Origin: Lentisphaeria bacterium
Lineage (GTDB): Bacteria; Verrucomicrobiota; Lentisphaeria; Victivallales; UBA1829
Assembly: GCA_017629515.1 (NCBI GenBank)
Contig: JAGBXB010000060.1
Coordinates: 3,298-67,297 of the forward strand
Reading direction: 5' to 3'
DNA: 64,000 bases
Each line of letters opens with the position of its first letter. Position 1 is the first letter of the stretch. Below the pieces are notes generated by a model, which had not been told where the DNA came from, searched no databases, and saw only the letters and a list, made by a program, of their open reading frames with translations. The position numbers and the translations under genes are program-made. Positions 45,968 through 55,310 of this stretch are shown here, one piece after another.

Positions 45968-46136
45968 TTTTTTGCACCTTTTTTAAATCCGGGAGTTTTA
46001 TTTTTTCTTTTATGGATTAAATTACACTCATTTAGCAGATTTTTCTATTGTAAAAACAAAAATATTCTGGAAATATCCCGTTTCAGAGCATTTTTTCCCT
46101 TTCCGGAGGGAAAGAAAAGGGGATTTTGGAGGTAAT

Positions 46137-47966
46137 ATGATGACTGCCGGAAGCGTGACAGAAGAAAAAACAATGAAGGAAGCAAAACTTCTTGCCTTCC
46201 TTTCCGGGAAAAAAAGAACTTTTACGGAACTCATACTCTGCGCTCTCTGCGGATGGGCGTACTGTCTGATCTTTGAGGGATTTTCTCTGCATTTTCTTGC
46301 CTGGGCGGGAATAGTGCCTCTTTTCCTCCTTGTTTATTCCAAAAGTCCCTCAAAAGCTTTTTTCTACGGGTTTGTCTGGGGATATTTCTGGCATCTGGGA
46401 TCTTTTTTCTGGCTGCGGGAGATCTTTATTGCCATCCCCTTTGCCCTTGCGGCAGTTCTGGGATTTTTTAACGGTGTCTTCGCCTGGTTCCTGCCTTTCT
46501 TTTTCAAGTACCTGCTTATGAAACAATCTCTCCTTGCACTTGAAGCGGATCAGCGCATTTCTTTTGACCGCTTTCCGGCATATTCCCAGATCCTTTTTGC
46601 CTTTGCAGCAGCATCTCTCTGGACTGTATTGGAATATATCCGCAGTCACATCTTTACGGGGCTGCCCTGGAATCTGGTGGGGGCAAGTCAATGGAAAATG
46701 TTGAATATCATACAGATAGCAGATATTACCGGCATATACGGCATAACCTTTCTCATTATTTTTATGAATGCCTCCCTTTTTCCCCTTTTCCTGTACCTTG
46801 CCGGATCTTTCATCCCCCCGTCCTCCCCTTTGCGCACAGCATTTCCCATGCCCTGCCCGGTAATAAAGGAAAACGGCAGAAAAAAATTGGTGTATCAGAG
46901 ACCTGCAGCCCTTCTTCTTGCCCTTGCGTTTATCGCCGCTTCCAGCAGTTATTCTTCCGTTTCTTTGCAGAAATACAGCAGAAAAAGTCAGGAGGGTATC
47001 TTGTTTCATGCCGGGATCGTCCAGCCGGATCTGAGTCAGCGGCGTCACGGCGGAGATGATTCTACAAAAGAAGCCATTGCCGTATGCACAGCATTGAGTG
47101 AAGCTCTATTCCGGCGGAATGACGCAAAACCCCATACAGTCATCTGGCCGGAAACAGCCGTCCCCTGTCCATTCAATGCCGCTATGGAAAACTCTTCTTT
47201 ACTGCGTCAGGAACTCTACCGGATGATCCAAAAATATGATACACCGTTCCTGTTCGGTGCCATAAGACTGGATAAAAATGCCGGAAACAATGAACTGCTT
47301 ATCTATAATTCCGCTTTATTGTGGGAAAACGGCAATAAATTAAGTTCTTTTGACAAAGTACATATCGTTCCATTCGGGGAATTTGTCCCTTACGGAGAAA
47401 AATTCCCTATCCTCAACCGTCTGGTGGGAATGGGCAGAAATCTCAACAGGGGGACGCATTTCACACCATTGGAACTGCATAAGAAAGTGAAAGCGGGAAT
47501 CTCTATATGTTACGAAGATGTATTTACTTATGTCTCACGCAATCATGTACTCAATGGAGCAAATCTTCTTTTGACCATCACCAATGATGCCTGGTATCCG
47601 ACAAGTTATGAACCCTCCCAGCACTTTGCCAACTCCCTTTTCCGTGCTGTGGAGTACCGCCTCCCTTTCCTCCGGGTGGGCAATATGGATTATTCCGCCC
47701 TGATCGCCCCCACCGGGCAGGTGATACAGGCTCTTGCAACAAAGGAAGACAGTTCCCCTGATCCCGCGTTCAGAGGGAGGAAAAGCGGGATCCTGTCTGT
47801 AATGGTTCCGGAAAAACCCCGGCTTACTTTTTATGCAAAATACAGGGATATTTTTACCGGAATATGTTTTTTCCTCCTGATCCTTCTGCTGGCAACAGCC
47901 CTGCTGAATTATAAAAGTTTCAAAAATATTCTTCTGGAAAGCTTTCAGAAAAAAGAAGAAAAATAA
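46137..47966 (+). CDS. lnt: Apolipoprotein N-acyltransferase
   Basis: GGAGG SD. About 8 N-terminal TM helices, then a CN-hydrolase domain (WPE ..., GISICYEDVF, TNDAWY). Confidence 0.85.
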   Translation: MMTAGSVTEEKTMKEAKLLAFLSGKKRTFTELILCALCGWAYCLIFEGFSLHFLAWAGIVPLFLLVYSKSPSKAFFYGFVWGYFWHLGSFFWLREIFIAIPFALAAVLGFFNGVFAWFLPFFFKYLLMKQSLLALEADQRISFDRFPAYSQILFAFAAASLWTVLEYIRSHIFTGLPWNLVGASQWKMLNIIQIADITGIYGITFLIIFMNASLFPLFLYLAGSFIPPSSPLRTAFPMPCPVIKENGRKKLVYQRPAALLLALAFIAASSSYSSVSLQKYSRKSQEGILFHAGIVQPDLSQRRHGGDDSTKEAIAVCTALSEALFRRNDAKPHTVIWPETAVPCPFNAAMENSSLLRQELYRMIQKYDTPFLFGAIRLDKNAGNNELLIYNSALLWENGNKLSSFDKVHIVPFGEFVPYGEKFPILNRLVGMGRNLNRGTHFTPLELHKKVKAGISICYEDVFTYVSRNHVLNGANLLLTITNDAWYPTSYEPSQHFANSLFRAVEYRLPFLRVGNMDYSALIAPTGQVIQALATKEDSSPDPAFRGRKSGILSVMVPEKPRLTFYAKYRDIFTGICFFLLILLLATALLNYKSFKNILLESFQKKEEK

Positions 47967-47986
47967 CCATTTGCAAGGATAGTAAT

Positions 47987-48955
47987 ATGATCGAAATAAC
48001 AGAAAAGACAGATAAAGACCTGCGGGATTTTCTCGTCTATCTGCGGGCGGAAAAAAATGCTTCCAGCCATACTTACGGAAACTATTTTCTGGATATTCTC
48101 CATTTTGCCCTGCTTCTTTTCAAACTGGATGCAAAGGAAAACTCCATCGACTGGAAAGAGGTGACAGTACAGGATGCCAGAAAATATATCGTTTTGTTAC
48201 AGGAAGAATCCCTTTCCCGTACATCCATCATCCGTAAAGTATGTGCCATGCGTTCCTTTTTCCGGTATTTACTGCGTGAGGAAAGGATCACGGTAAATCC
48301 TTTTTCCGGTCTCACCTCCCCGAAAAAGGCGAAATTACTGCCGAAATATTTTACTGTTGCGGAAGTAGGCAGACTTCTGGATTCCGTCTCCCCTTACTGG
48401 CAGGATGCCCGGATAAAAGGGTTGTCCAAAAGTGATGAAAGTGCCGCGTTTTCCGCATTAAGAGATTCCGCCATACTGGAAGTCATCTATTCCGGCGGTT
48501 TGCGGATCAGTGAAGCGGTGGGCCTGAATATGGGTTCCATCGACCTTATAAGCGGCGTGATGCTGGTAAAAGGCAAAGGGAAAAAAGAAAGATACTGCGC
48601 TCTGGGGGGACCTGCGGAGAGAGTTTTGCGTAAATACCTTGCCGCAAGGAATATAAGAAACTCTGACAGAAACAAAAACGCCCCTCTTTTCCTCAATCAG
48701 GATGGGGGCAGACTTACGGCAAGAAGTTTCCAGAGAAATTTCAAACTCTATCTTCTTCAAGCGGGTCTTTCCCCGGATATGACCCCCCATAAACTGCGTC
48801 ACTCTTTTGCCACACATCTTCTGGATGCCGGGGCAGACCTGCGCAGTGTACAGGAACTTCTGGGACACGAAAATTTAAGCACCACCCAGATCTATACCCA
48901 TATAAGTGCAGAACGGTTGAAAAATGTTTATGATATGGCTCATCCCAGAGCATAA
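47987..48955 (+). CDS. xerC: Tyrosine site-specific recombinase, XerC/XerD type
   Basis: SAM-like N-domain. GLRISE ... KGKGKKER ... HKLRHSFATHLL ... LGHENLSTTQIYTH gives the catalytic R-K-H-R-H-Y set. Housekeeping flanks. Confidence 0.8.
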   Translation: MIEITEKTDKDLRDFLVYLRAEKNASSHTYGNYFLDILHFALLLFKLDAKENSIDWKEVTVQDARKYIVLLQEESLSRTSIIRKVCAMRSFFRYLLREERITVNPFSGLTSPKKAKLLPKYFTVAEVGRLLDSVSPYWQDARIKGLSKSDESAAFSALRDSAILEVIYSGGLRISEAVGLNMGSIDLISGVMLVKGKGKKERYCALGGPAERVLRKYLAARNIRNSDRNKNAPLFLNQDGGRLTARSFQRNFKLYLLQAGLSPDMTPHKLRHSFATHLLDAGADLRSVQELLGHENLSTTQIYTHISAERLKNVYDMAHPRA

Positions 48956-48975
48956 AAAGGAAAGGCATACGCAAA

Positions 48976-50916
48976 ATGAATAAACAGGAAATACAGGAAA
49001 ATCCCCCCACCATTACAGAAAACGGAGAAAAAAGGCGTACCCTTTCCATTATAGCAGAACTGTATGTCCTTTTCCTTACTTTTCTTCTGCCTCTCAAATT
49101 CGGTACTCTTGTAGGAGTCCCGGAACTTCCCGCTACATACTGGAACAATTTTACAGGTATTCTCATCGGTTCATGGCCGGTTCTCACCTTTCCCGTCTTT
49201 GCCGGATTCGGACTTGCCCTCACACTTCTTTTTGCCTTTCCCCGGAAATATGCAAATCTCTCCATGATTGTTTTGGGAGTTTTATGGTGTCTTTTTGCCG
49301 CAAGTTCCCTTACCGGGATCATTCACGCCACCACATGGGATTTTTATGAACACAATGTTATTTATGTATTCGGAACTGCCGCATACGCCCTCTCTCTCAT
49401 GAACCTTTTTTCCAACAACAGAAAATTCGGGAAATATCTTCTGGGATTCCTTGTTGCCGGATTTGTCCTTTCCCTTTATTCTGCCATAATGCAATATACT
49501 GTCGGATTTCAGGATCTTACGGAATACTATGAAAAAAGGAAACTGGAAAGCGGTGGCCAGTTCTATTTTGACAAATTCGGCAGACGCCTTGCGGAATACA
49601 GGATCTCGGCAGATTTTTCCTCCGGGAATGCCTATTCCGGTTATCTGCTTTTGCTTTTCCCCATCGTTCTTTCCCTTCTCTGTATTGCGGGGGGGAGAGT
49701 GACCCCGCCTCTTCCGGCAAAGATTCTGCTTATGACCCCCACAGCAATACTGTTTCTTTTTCTTTTGCGGCAGACCAAAAGCCGGGGCTGTTTCCTTGCA
49801 CTGATCGCCGGTTGTGTCGTAACGGCACTTGCATTCCGGTACAGGAAAAAAATATTCCTTGCCATTTGCAGTTTTTTTGCCTGTTCCTTTGCCGGGTTCT
49901 GCCTTCTTATCGCTCTGGACAGAGGGCCGGAATCCATTCTTTTCCGGCTGGATTATTTCAAAGCGGCGATCCGTATGATGCTGGACTATCCTTTTGCCGG
50001 GGCAGGGTGGGGGGAATTTTTCCATAACTACTTCATCTATAAAGACCTGATCAATGATGAAGCACCCCATACCCCTCATAATTTCCCCTTTACAGTCGGT
50101 TCCCAATGCGGGATCGGGGCATTTCTCATCTCCTCGCTTCTGATCCTTATCCCCCTTGCCGTTGCATTTCTGCTTTTAAAGAAACAGGGGACAATGCAAC
50201 GGAAAACACAGGAGGAAAAAGAGCAATTTATTCTTTCCTGCGGTCTTTTGACAGGTTTTGCCGCATGGTTTTTCCATTGTCTGTGTGAAATTGATTTTGA
50301 GACTCCCGGCTCTTTCTGTACGGCAGCAGCGGTCGCTTTTCTTATCCTCAACAACCCGGATATGGAAAAACTTTTTCCCCGCTTCTCCCTTGCCTTTCTT
50401 GCGGAAAAGAAATATTTTCCAAAGCTCCGGATCATATTTTCTCTCTTTTTCATCATATTTTCTCTGGGACTATTGTTCCGGATCAGTTGGAAAGCCCCCA
50501 CCCTGATTACTGCGGAAATGGCTTTTGACAGACTCTTTACAGGCGTAAACCCCCATTTCGGAAGACTGGGAGAAAAAATGGCGCAACCGGAGGAAGCGGC
50601 AAAACTTTTGCAGGAAGCAGTCAAAAGGATGCCGGAAAGTCCTTTCCCCTGGGATACGGCATCCCATTATGTCGCCGCACTGGGGCCCGCCTATGCCAAT
50701 GAAGCCATCGCTCTGGTCGTCGAGGCACAGAAACGCTCCCCGAAACGGGCATCCTATTACTACCGGCAATCTCTGGCATACCGGAGACTGGGGGATATAC
50801 CCAAAGCTGTGGAGATGTTGAAAAAAGCCCGGCAGTGTTCCCCGAAAAATCCGGAATATTTTGATGAAAGACAGAATTGGAACACCCGTTATGAAGATAC
50901 CGGTTCCCTCTGGTAA
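48976..50916 (+). CDS. O-antigen-ligase-like (Wzy_C) polytopic membrane protein with a C-terminal TPR region
   Basis: About 12 TM helices. The periplasmic loop GAGWGEF ... PHTPHNFPF ... GIGAFL resembles the Wzy_C/WaaL motif. The C-terminal 130 aa have TPR-like repeats. Confidence 0.65.
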   Translation: MNKQEIQENPPTITENGEKRRTLSIIAELYVLFLTFLLPLKFGTLVGVPELPATYWNNFTGILIGSWPVLTFPVFAGFGLALTLLFAFPRKYANLSMIVLGVLWCLFAASSLTGIIHATTWDFYEHNVIYVFGTAAYALSLMNLFSNNRKFGKYLLGFLVAGFVLSLYSAIMQYTVGFQDLTEYYEKRKLESGGQFYFDKFGRRLAEYRISADFSSGNAYSGYLLLLFPIVLSLLCIAGGRVTPPLPAKILLMTPTAILFLFLLRQTKSRGCFLALIAGCVVTALAFRYRKKIFLAICSFFACSFAGFCLLIALDRGPESILFRLDYFKAAIRMMLDYPFAGAGWGEFFHNYFIYKDLINDEAPHTPHNFPFTVGSQCGIGAFLISSLLILIPLAVAFLLLKKQGTMQRKTQEEKEQFILSCGLLTGFAAWFFHCLCEIDFETPGSFCTAAAVAFLILNNPDMEKLFPRFSLAFLAEKKYFPKLRIIFSLFFIIFSLGLLFRISWKAPTLITAEMAFDRLFTGVNPHFGRLGEKMAQPEEAAKLLQEAVKRMPESPFPWDTASHYVAALGPAYANEAIALVVEAQKRSPKRASYYYRQSLAYRRLGDIPKAVEMLKKARQCSPKNPEYFDERQNWNTRYEDTGSLW

Positions 50917-51089
50917 GATATACTGCCGGAAGTAGAACACTTGATTGCAGACTTTTGAGAGTTGCCTCCGGGGAGAGAGGGGAAAGAAAAAAAACGGAAA
51001 AAAATACATTTGAAGGTTTTATTCCTGAAAAAATGCGCTATATTATAAAATGTGAAAAAAAGATCAACTGATAAAACAAGGATGAGATC

Positions 51090-51965
51090 ATGAAAAAAAT
51101 GCGTTTTGCTCTTCTGGTGCTTGCCTCCGCCATGCTGTGTTCCGTGCTGGTTTCCTGTAACAAGGATTATACCGGAAAGGAAAAGACCCACCCTGTATTC
51201 GTCAAAGCAGGCACAGCCCAGAACAGCGGGGATTATGCGGAAGCTGCCAAACTGTATGAGGAGTTTCTTCTTGTTGCCCCCAAATCTGCCGAAACCCACA
51301 TGCGCCTTGCCGCACTCTACGGTGACAATCTGGATTCCCCGCTCAAAGCCATTTATCATTATGAAAAAGTCATTGAATTGAGACCGGATGATACAGCAAA
51401 CAATGATAATATCAGTTCTTTTATCTCTGTGGCAAAGAAAAAACTCTTTGAGGATCTGAAGAGCCAATATCAGGATACGGATAAGGAAAATGCCGTAAAA
51501 GCAGAGTTGGAAGCGACAAAGAAAAAACTGGAAGACTATAAAGCGTATGCCGCAAAATTGCGTGCCGCTTATGTTCAGCTTGGAGAAAAATGCCGTAAAG
51601 CTCTGAAATACTATCAGGCGGCAAATGGCAAACAGCGTAATGCAGTTTCATCCGCTCAAAAGGATAAAAAAAGTTCTGCAAATGTGAAAAAAGAGGATAA
51701 AAAGGTTTCTGTAAAAGCCGGAAACAATTCCGGAAAAACCTCCCGGAATACTGCTGTTGCAGCAAAAACACCGGCAAATAATTCCGGTATCATCGGGAAA
51801 CATACTGTGAAAAAAGGAGAGACCCTCCACTCCATTTCCAGAAAATATTATGGTACTTCCCGTTACTATAAACTGATTGCCGAAGCCAATAAAGGGAAAC
51901 TTCCGGCAAATCTGGGTGTCAAAGCGGGCCAGGTTCTGGTTATCCCGCAGAAACCCGCAAAATAA
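51090..51965 (+). CDS. TPR + LysM domain lipoprotein
   Basis: Lipobox VLVSC|N. TPR-like N-terminal region, Lys-rich linker, and C-terminal LysM (HTVKKGETLHSISRKYYG...YKLIAEAN...LKAGQVLVIP). Confidence 0.7.
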   Translation: MKKMRFALLVLASAMLCSVLVSCNKDYTGKEKTHPVFVKAGTAQNSGDYAEAAKLYEEFLLVAPKSAETHMRLAALYGDNLDSPLKAIYHYEKVIELRPDDTANNDNISSFISVAKKKLFEDLKSQYQDTDKENAVKAELEATKKKLEDYKAYAAKLRAAYVQLGEKCRKALKYYQAANGKQRNAVSSAQKDKKSSANVKKEDKKVSVKAGNNSGKTSRNTAVAAKTPANNSGIIGKHTVKKGETLHSISRKYYGTSRYYKLIAEANKGKLPANLGVKAGQVLVIPQKPAK

Positions 51966-52028
51966 AGCAGGGGATGTTTTCATCCGTTGACAGGATATGT
52001 CAGAATTGAAAACATCCTGTATAGATAC

Positions 52029-52104
<76 letters not shown>

Positions 52105-52140
52105 TTTTTTTATTGCTTTTCTGCGAAAAATTTTTAACGA

Positions 52141-52307
52141 AAGAGGAAATTAAAAAAGTCATCCGGAACAAAGGAAAAGAATAGTGGCAAAGTACTGTAA
52201 AAGGTAATTTGAGGCGGGTGCCCTCTGCGGCAACAAGTTCAAAATACTTTTTTTACAGGGTAAAGTCAATAAATTTTCTGGCTTTCGGAGAGTTTTGAAA
52301 TTGCCTC
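52141..52307 (+). ncRNA. Copy A of the repeated structured non-coding element (candidate sRNA or leader), 37 nt downstream of tRNA-Trp
   Basis: Homologous to 4309-4517 (-). Outer helix 52143-52157 pairs with 52293-52307 (12/15). Inner helix 52195-52204 pairs with 52249-52258. Conserved 3' hairpin AAAGTC...GGCTTT at 52262-52285. Mini-ORF frame is retained, but with ATT in place of ATG. Confidence 0.55.
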
Positions 52308-52322
52308 GAAAGAGAGGGTATC

Positions 52323-52892
52323 ATGGTATTATCTGCTGCAAAGTTTTTTTTCTCCGTCTGTTTTCTTGTGATCTTCTGCTCCTGCAGGTTTTTGCCGGAA
52401 CCGGGAAATGAGCGTACACATTATTACGATCTGGGAATCCCGGAACGCGCCCAACTTGCTGCCGGAACGCGGGTAACGGTATTGCCTTTCACCGTTCTTT
52501 CCGGAGAGAGATTCCGTATGGTGGAAAGAAAACAGTTCCTTCTGGAAAACGATGACTGCAACAAATGGCAGATGCCTCCGGGTTCTCTTGTGACAAAATA
52601 CCTTACATTGTATTTCCGTCAGAACCTTTCCGCGCCCGGAAAAGCCACCCGGAATATTATAGTGGGCGGAACAGTCACAGCATTTGAAAATGACGGCAAA
52701 AACGCCATTCTGGGACTTGTATACCGCATTACCTTTCCTGAAATCAAAGGGACAAAGTCGACTCCTGTATCAAGAAATATTCTTATAGAGGAAAAACTGC
52801 TGAACGGTTCTCCCGCCTCGTTCGCCTGCGCCATGTCAAAGGCAATGGGAAAAGCGGCACAATATATAGTAAAGGATATAGAAAATAAATGA
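52323..52892 (+). CDS. PqiC/YmbA-like ABC-transport auxiliary lipoprotein (DUF330-like)
   Basis: Lipobox IFCSC|R, followed by the HYYDLG motif and a size (189 aa) typical of the family. Weak, motif-level call only. Confidence 0.4.
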   Translation: MVLSAAKFFFSVCFLVIFCSCRFLPEPGNERTHYYDLGIPERAQLAAGTRVTVLPFTVLSGERFRMVERKQFLLENDDCNKWQMPPGSLVTKYLTLYFRQNLSAPGKATRNIIVGGTVTAFENDGKNAILGLVYRITFPEIKGTKSTPVSRNILIEEKLLNGSPASFACAMSKAMGKAAQYIVKDIENK

Positions 52893-53725
52893 CATTTCTG
52901 TTGGAAAATATGTATTGGAAAGCGGCAGTTCTTGGTATTGTTCAGGGACTTACTGAATTTCTTCCAGTAAGCAGTACGGGGCATCTTGTCCTTGCGGGGA
53001 AATTTCTGGAAATAGCCCCGGAGGAAAGTACATTTTGCGCCATGTTCAATATCGTGGTGCAGTTGAGTTCCATTCTTGCAGTAGTCATTTATTTCCGCAA
53101 ACAACTTCTGCCGGAAGCGTTTTTCAGGGAAAAAGAGTGCCGGAAAGAGACTCTTGGTCTCTATTGGCGTACAGCGGCGGCAGTTCTTCCTGCATTGGGG
53201 ATCGGATATCTCATCAAAGACTATGTGGAAGAGTGGCAGAAAAATCCTTATATTGTTGCCGCTGCGTTGTTTGTTGGAGGTATTGTCCTTATATTCATCG
53301 AAAAGGTCATGAAGAGAGAAAAAGTCATTGAAAAGATCACACAGTTTCCTTATATCAAAGCTGTTGGCGTGGGATTTTTCCAGTGTATTGCCATGATCCC
53401 CGGAGTATCCCGTTCTGCGGCAACCATTATCGGAGGATTGGCATTGGGAGCGTCCAGACCTCTTGCAGCGGAATTTTCCTTTTTCCTTGCCATTCCCACC
53501 ATGGCGGCGGCCTCCGGGTATGCACTTCTGAAACACGGCGGAAATCTCTCCATCAAAGAGTGGATCGCCACAGGAATCGGGTTTATTGTCTCTTTTCTGG
53601 TCTCCTGGGGAGTCATTGCATGGCTGATGAACTTCATCCGGAAGCGTTCTTTCCAGGTATTCGGTTATTACCGTATCCTGCTGGCAGTTTTTGTAGTCAT
53701 TTATTTCTTCTGGCTTAAAAAGTAA
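52889..53725 (+). CDS. uppP: Undecaprenyl-diphosphate phosphatase
   Basis: GIVQGLTEFLPVSSTGHL ... PGVSRSAATI ... typical BacA/UppP motifs. 4-nt overlap with the upstream gene. Confidence 0.9.
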   Translation: MTFLLENMYWKAAVLGIVQGLTEFLPVSSTGHLVLAGKFLEIAPEESTFCAMFNIVVQLSSILAVVIYFRKQLLPEAFFREKECRKETLGLYWRTAAAVLPALGIGYLIKDYVEEWQKNPYIVAAALFVGGIVLIFIEKVMKREKVIEKITQFPYIKAVGVGFFQCIAMIPGVSRSAATIIGGLALGASRPLAAEFSFFLAIPTMAAASGYALLKHGGNLSIKEWIATGIGFIVSFLVSWGVIAWLMNFIRKRSFQVFGYYRILLAVFVVIYFFWLKK

Positions 53726-53900
53726 ACATTTTAATCCCCTCTTTCCTTTCTTTCTGCATGTGTCTTTTTGTTTTATAAAGCAGTCATATTATACACTTTT
53801 TTTTAAGAAATATACCACAGGATTTTTCTTGTAATTTTCAAAAAGTACATTATGTTTAATAGATAAAAGGTGTTTTACAACAAATCAAAAGGAGTAAGAA

Positions 53901-55289
53901 ATGAAAAAAAGCACAATCTTTTCCGTTATTTTCCTTCTTGCCGGGATGTTTTCTTTTGAATTTATCCTTGCGGCATGGGAAGAACCCGTACTTACCATTT
54001 ACATCACCCGTCATGCCCAGCGCGGCCCCCGGAGCAAGTGGGCGGAAGCCGACAGAACCAAACAGATGGTGGGTGAATTTCTTGACGGCAAATATATTCC
54101 TCCCTCCGGAGACTCCATTACTCCCCTCGGAGTGAAACAGTGTGAACTGCTTGGCGCATATCTGAAAAAACTCAACTTCAAAGGGAAAGTATATTCCTCC
54201 CCCAATTTCCGTGCCATGCAGACTGCTGTTGTCACCACCAATGCCATTGACCCGAAACTCCAGATCATTCCCGAACCCGGTCTGCAGAGCGGCGGAAACC
54301 GTAAAGAACCTGCCAAAGGAATGAGTTGCGGGGAATTACAGAAGCGTTTCCCCGGTAAAGTCGTTTCTGTGGAAATGCCGGAAAAATGGCAGCTTGCCGG
54401 TGAATTTACGGCAGATGACCGGTATAAACGCATGGATAAATTCTTCAATGAACTGCTGAAAAAGGAACCCAAAGGGGAAGTACTTCTTGTGGGACACTCT
54501 TCCACTATTCCCTCTCTTCTGGGTGTGCTGAACAAAAGGATCGTGGACAGAAGACTGCATGTGAATGCTTATTATGTATGGAACTGCTGTCTGCATATTT
54601 TCAAACTGGATAAAAACGGGAAAGTCGTATTTTCTTCTGTGGAAAACTATAATTACCTGCCGGAAGAGATGCGTACACAGAATTTCGGCAAACCCAATTC
54701 CAGAATCAAACCCCGCAACAATTTTGTTCTGCCTGCAAAAGGGGCTGCTTCCGCTGTACCTGCCACTTCTGTTAAAAAGAGTCCGGCAGTTTCTGCTGCT
54801 CCTGCGGCAAAAAGCACTCCCAAACTGGGCAATGTATTGAAAAACGGGGATTTTTCCATTCTTTCCAAAGTTACAGCAAGAAATCTGCGTCCCATGAAAA
54901 ACTGGGAATACAAGGGAACTCTTTTCCCTGCCCCCTGGGAACTGATGGGAAGAGGAAAAGCAGAGTTGAAAGAAAAAGCCTTTGAAGGGAAAAATGTTCT
55001 GTGCGTGGAAGGCAATTATGCAAGACTCTGCCAGGATATTGCCGGAACAGGGGTCACAGCCTATACTTTCACATGCAAAGCCAAAGGCAACTGCAAACTG
55101 GAAGGCGTTATGTATTTTCAGGGAAAAAGTGCTGCCGCTTCTCCGGTAACACTTACCAATGAGTGGAAAGAAATCAAGTTTACTTTTACCGTTCCTGCGG
55201 AAGCAAAATACCGTGTATTGAGTATCCGGCTTACAGGAGAGAAAGCCCGGGCGGAATTTGCCGATTGCAAATTTATTGCAGAAAAATAA
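53901..55289 (+). CDS. Secreted histidine-phosphatase-superfamily enzyme fused to a C-terminal jelly-roll (CBM4_9-like) domain
   Basis: Signal peptide. IYITRHAQRG (RHG motif) and LLVGHSS (second catalytic His). A Pro/Ala/Ser linker, then NGDFS ... W ... tail resembling carbohydrate-binding modules. Confidence 0.6.
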   Translation: MKKSTIFSVIFLLAGMFSFEFILAAWEEPVLTIYITRHAQRGPRSKWAEADRTKQMVGEFLDGKYIPPSGDSITPLGVKQCELLGAYLKKLNFKGKVYSSPNFRAMQTAVVTTNAIDPKLQIIPEPGLQSGGNRKEPAKGMSCGELQKRFPGKVVSVEMPEKWQLAGEFTADDRYKRMDKFFNELLKKEPKGEVLLVGHSSTIPSLLGVLNKRIVDRRLHVNAYYVWNCCLHIFKLDKNGKVVFSSVENYNYLPEEMRTQNFGKPNSRIKPRNNFVLPAKGAASAVPATSVKKSPAVSAAPAAKSTPKLGNVLKNGDFSILSKVTARNLRPMKNWEYKGTLFPAPWELMGRGKAELKEKAFEGKNVLCVEGNYARLCQDIAGTGVTAYTFTCKAKGNCKLEGVMYFQGKSAAASPVTLTNEWKEIKFTFTVPAEAKYRVLSIRLTGEKARAEFADCKFIAEK

Positions 55290-55310
55290 AATTTTACAAT
55301 GGAGATTTTT

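Noticed and set aside
47987-48955. Tyrosine recombinase as a marker of an integrated mobile element
   Set aside because: It is flanked by lnt and envelope genes, with no attachment repeats, phage or transposon genes. Its size and motifs fit chromosomal XerC/XerD.
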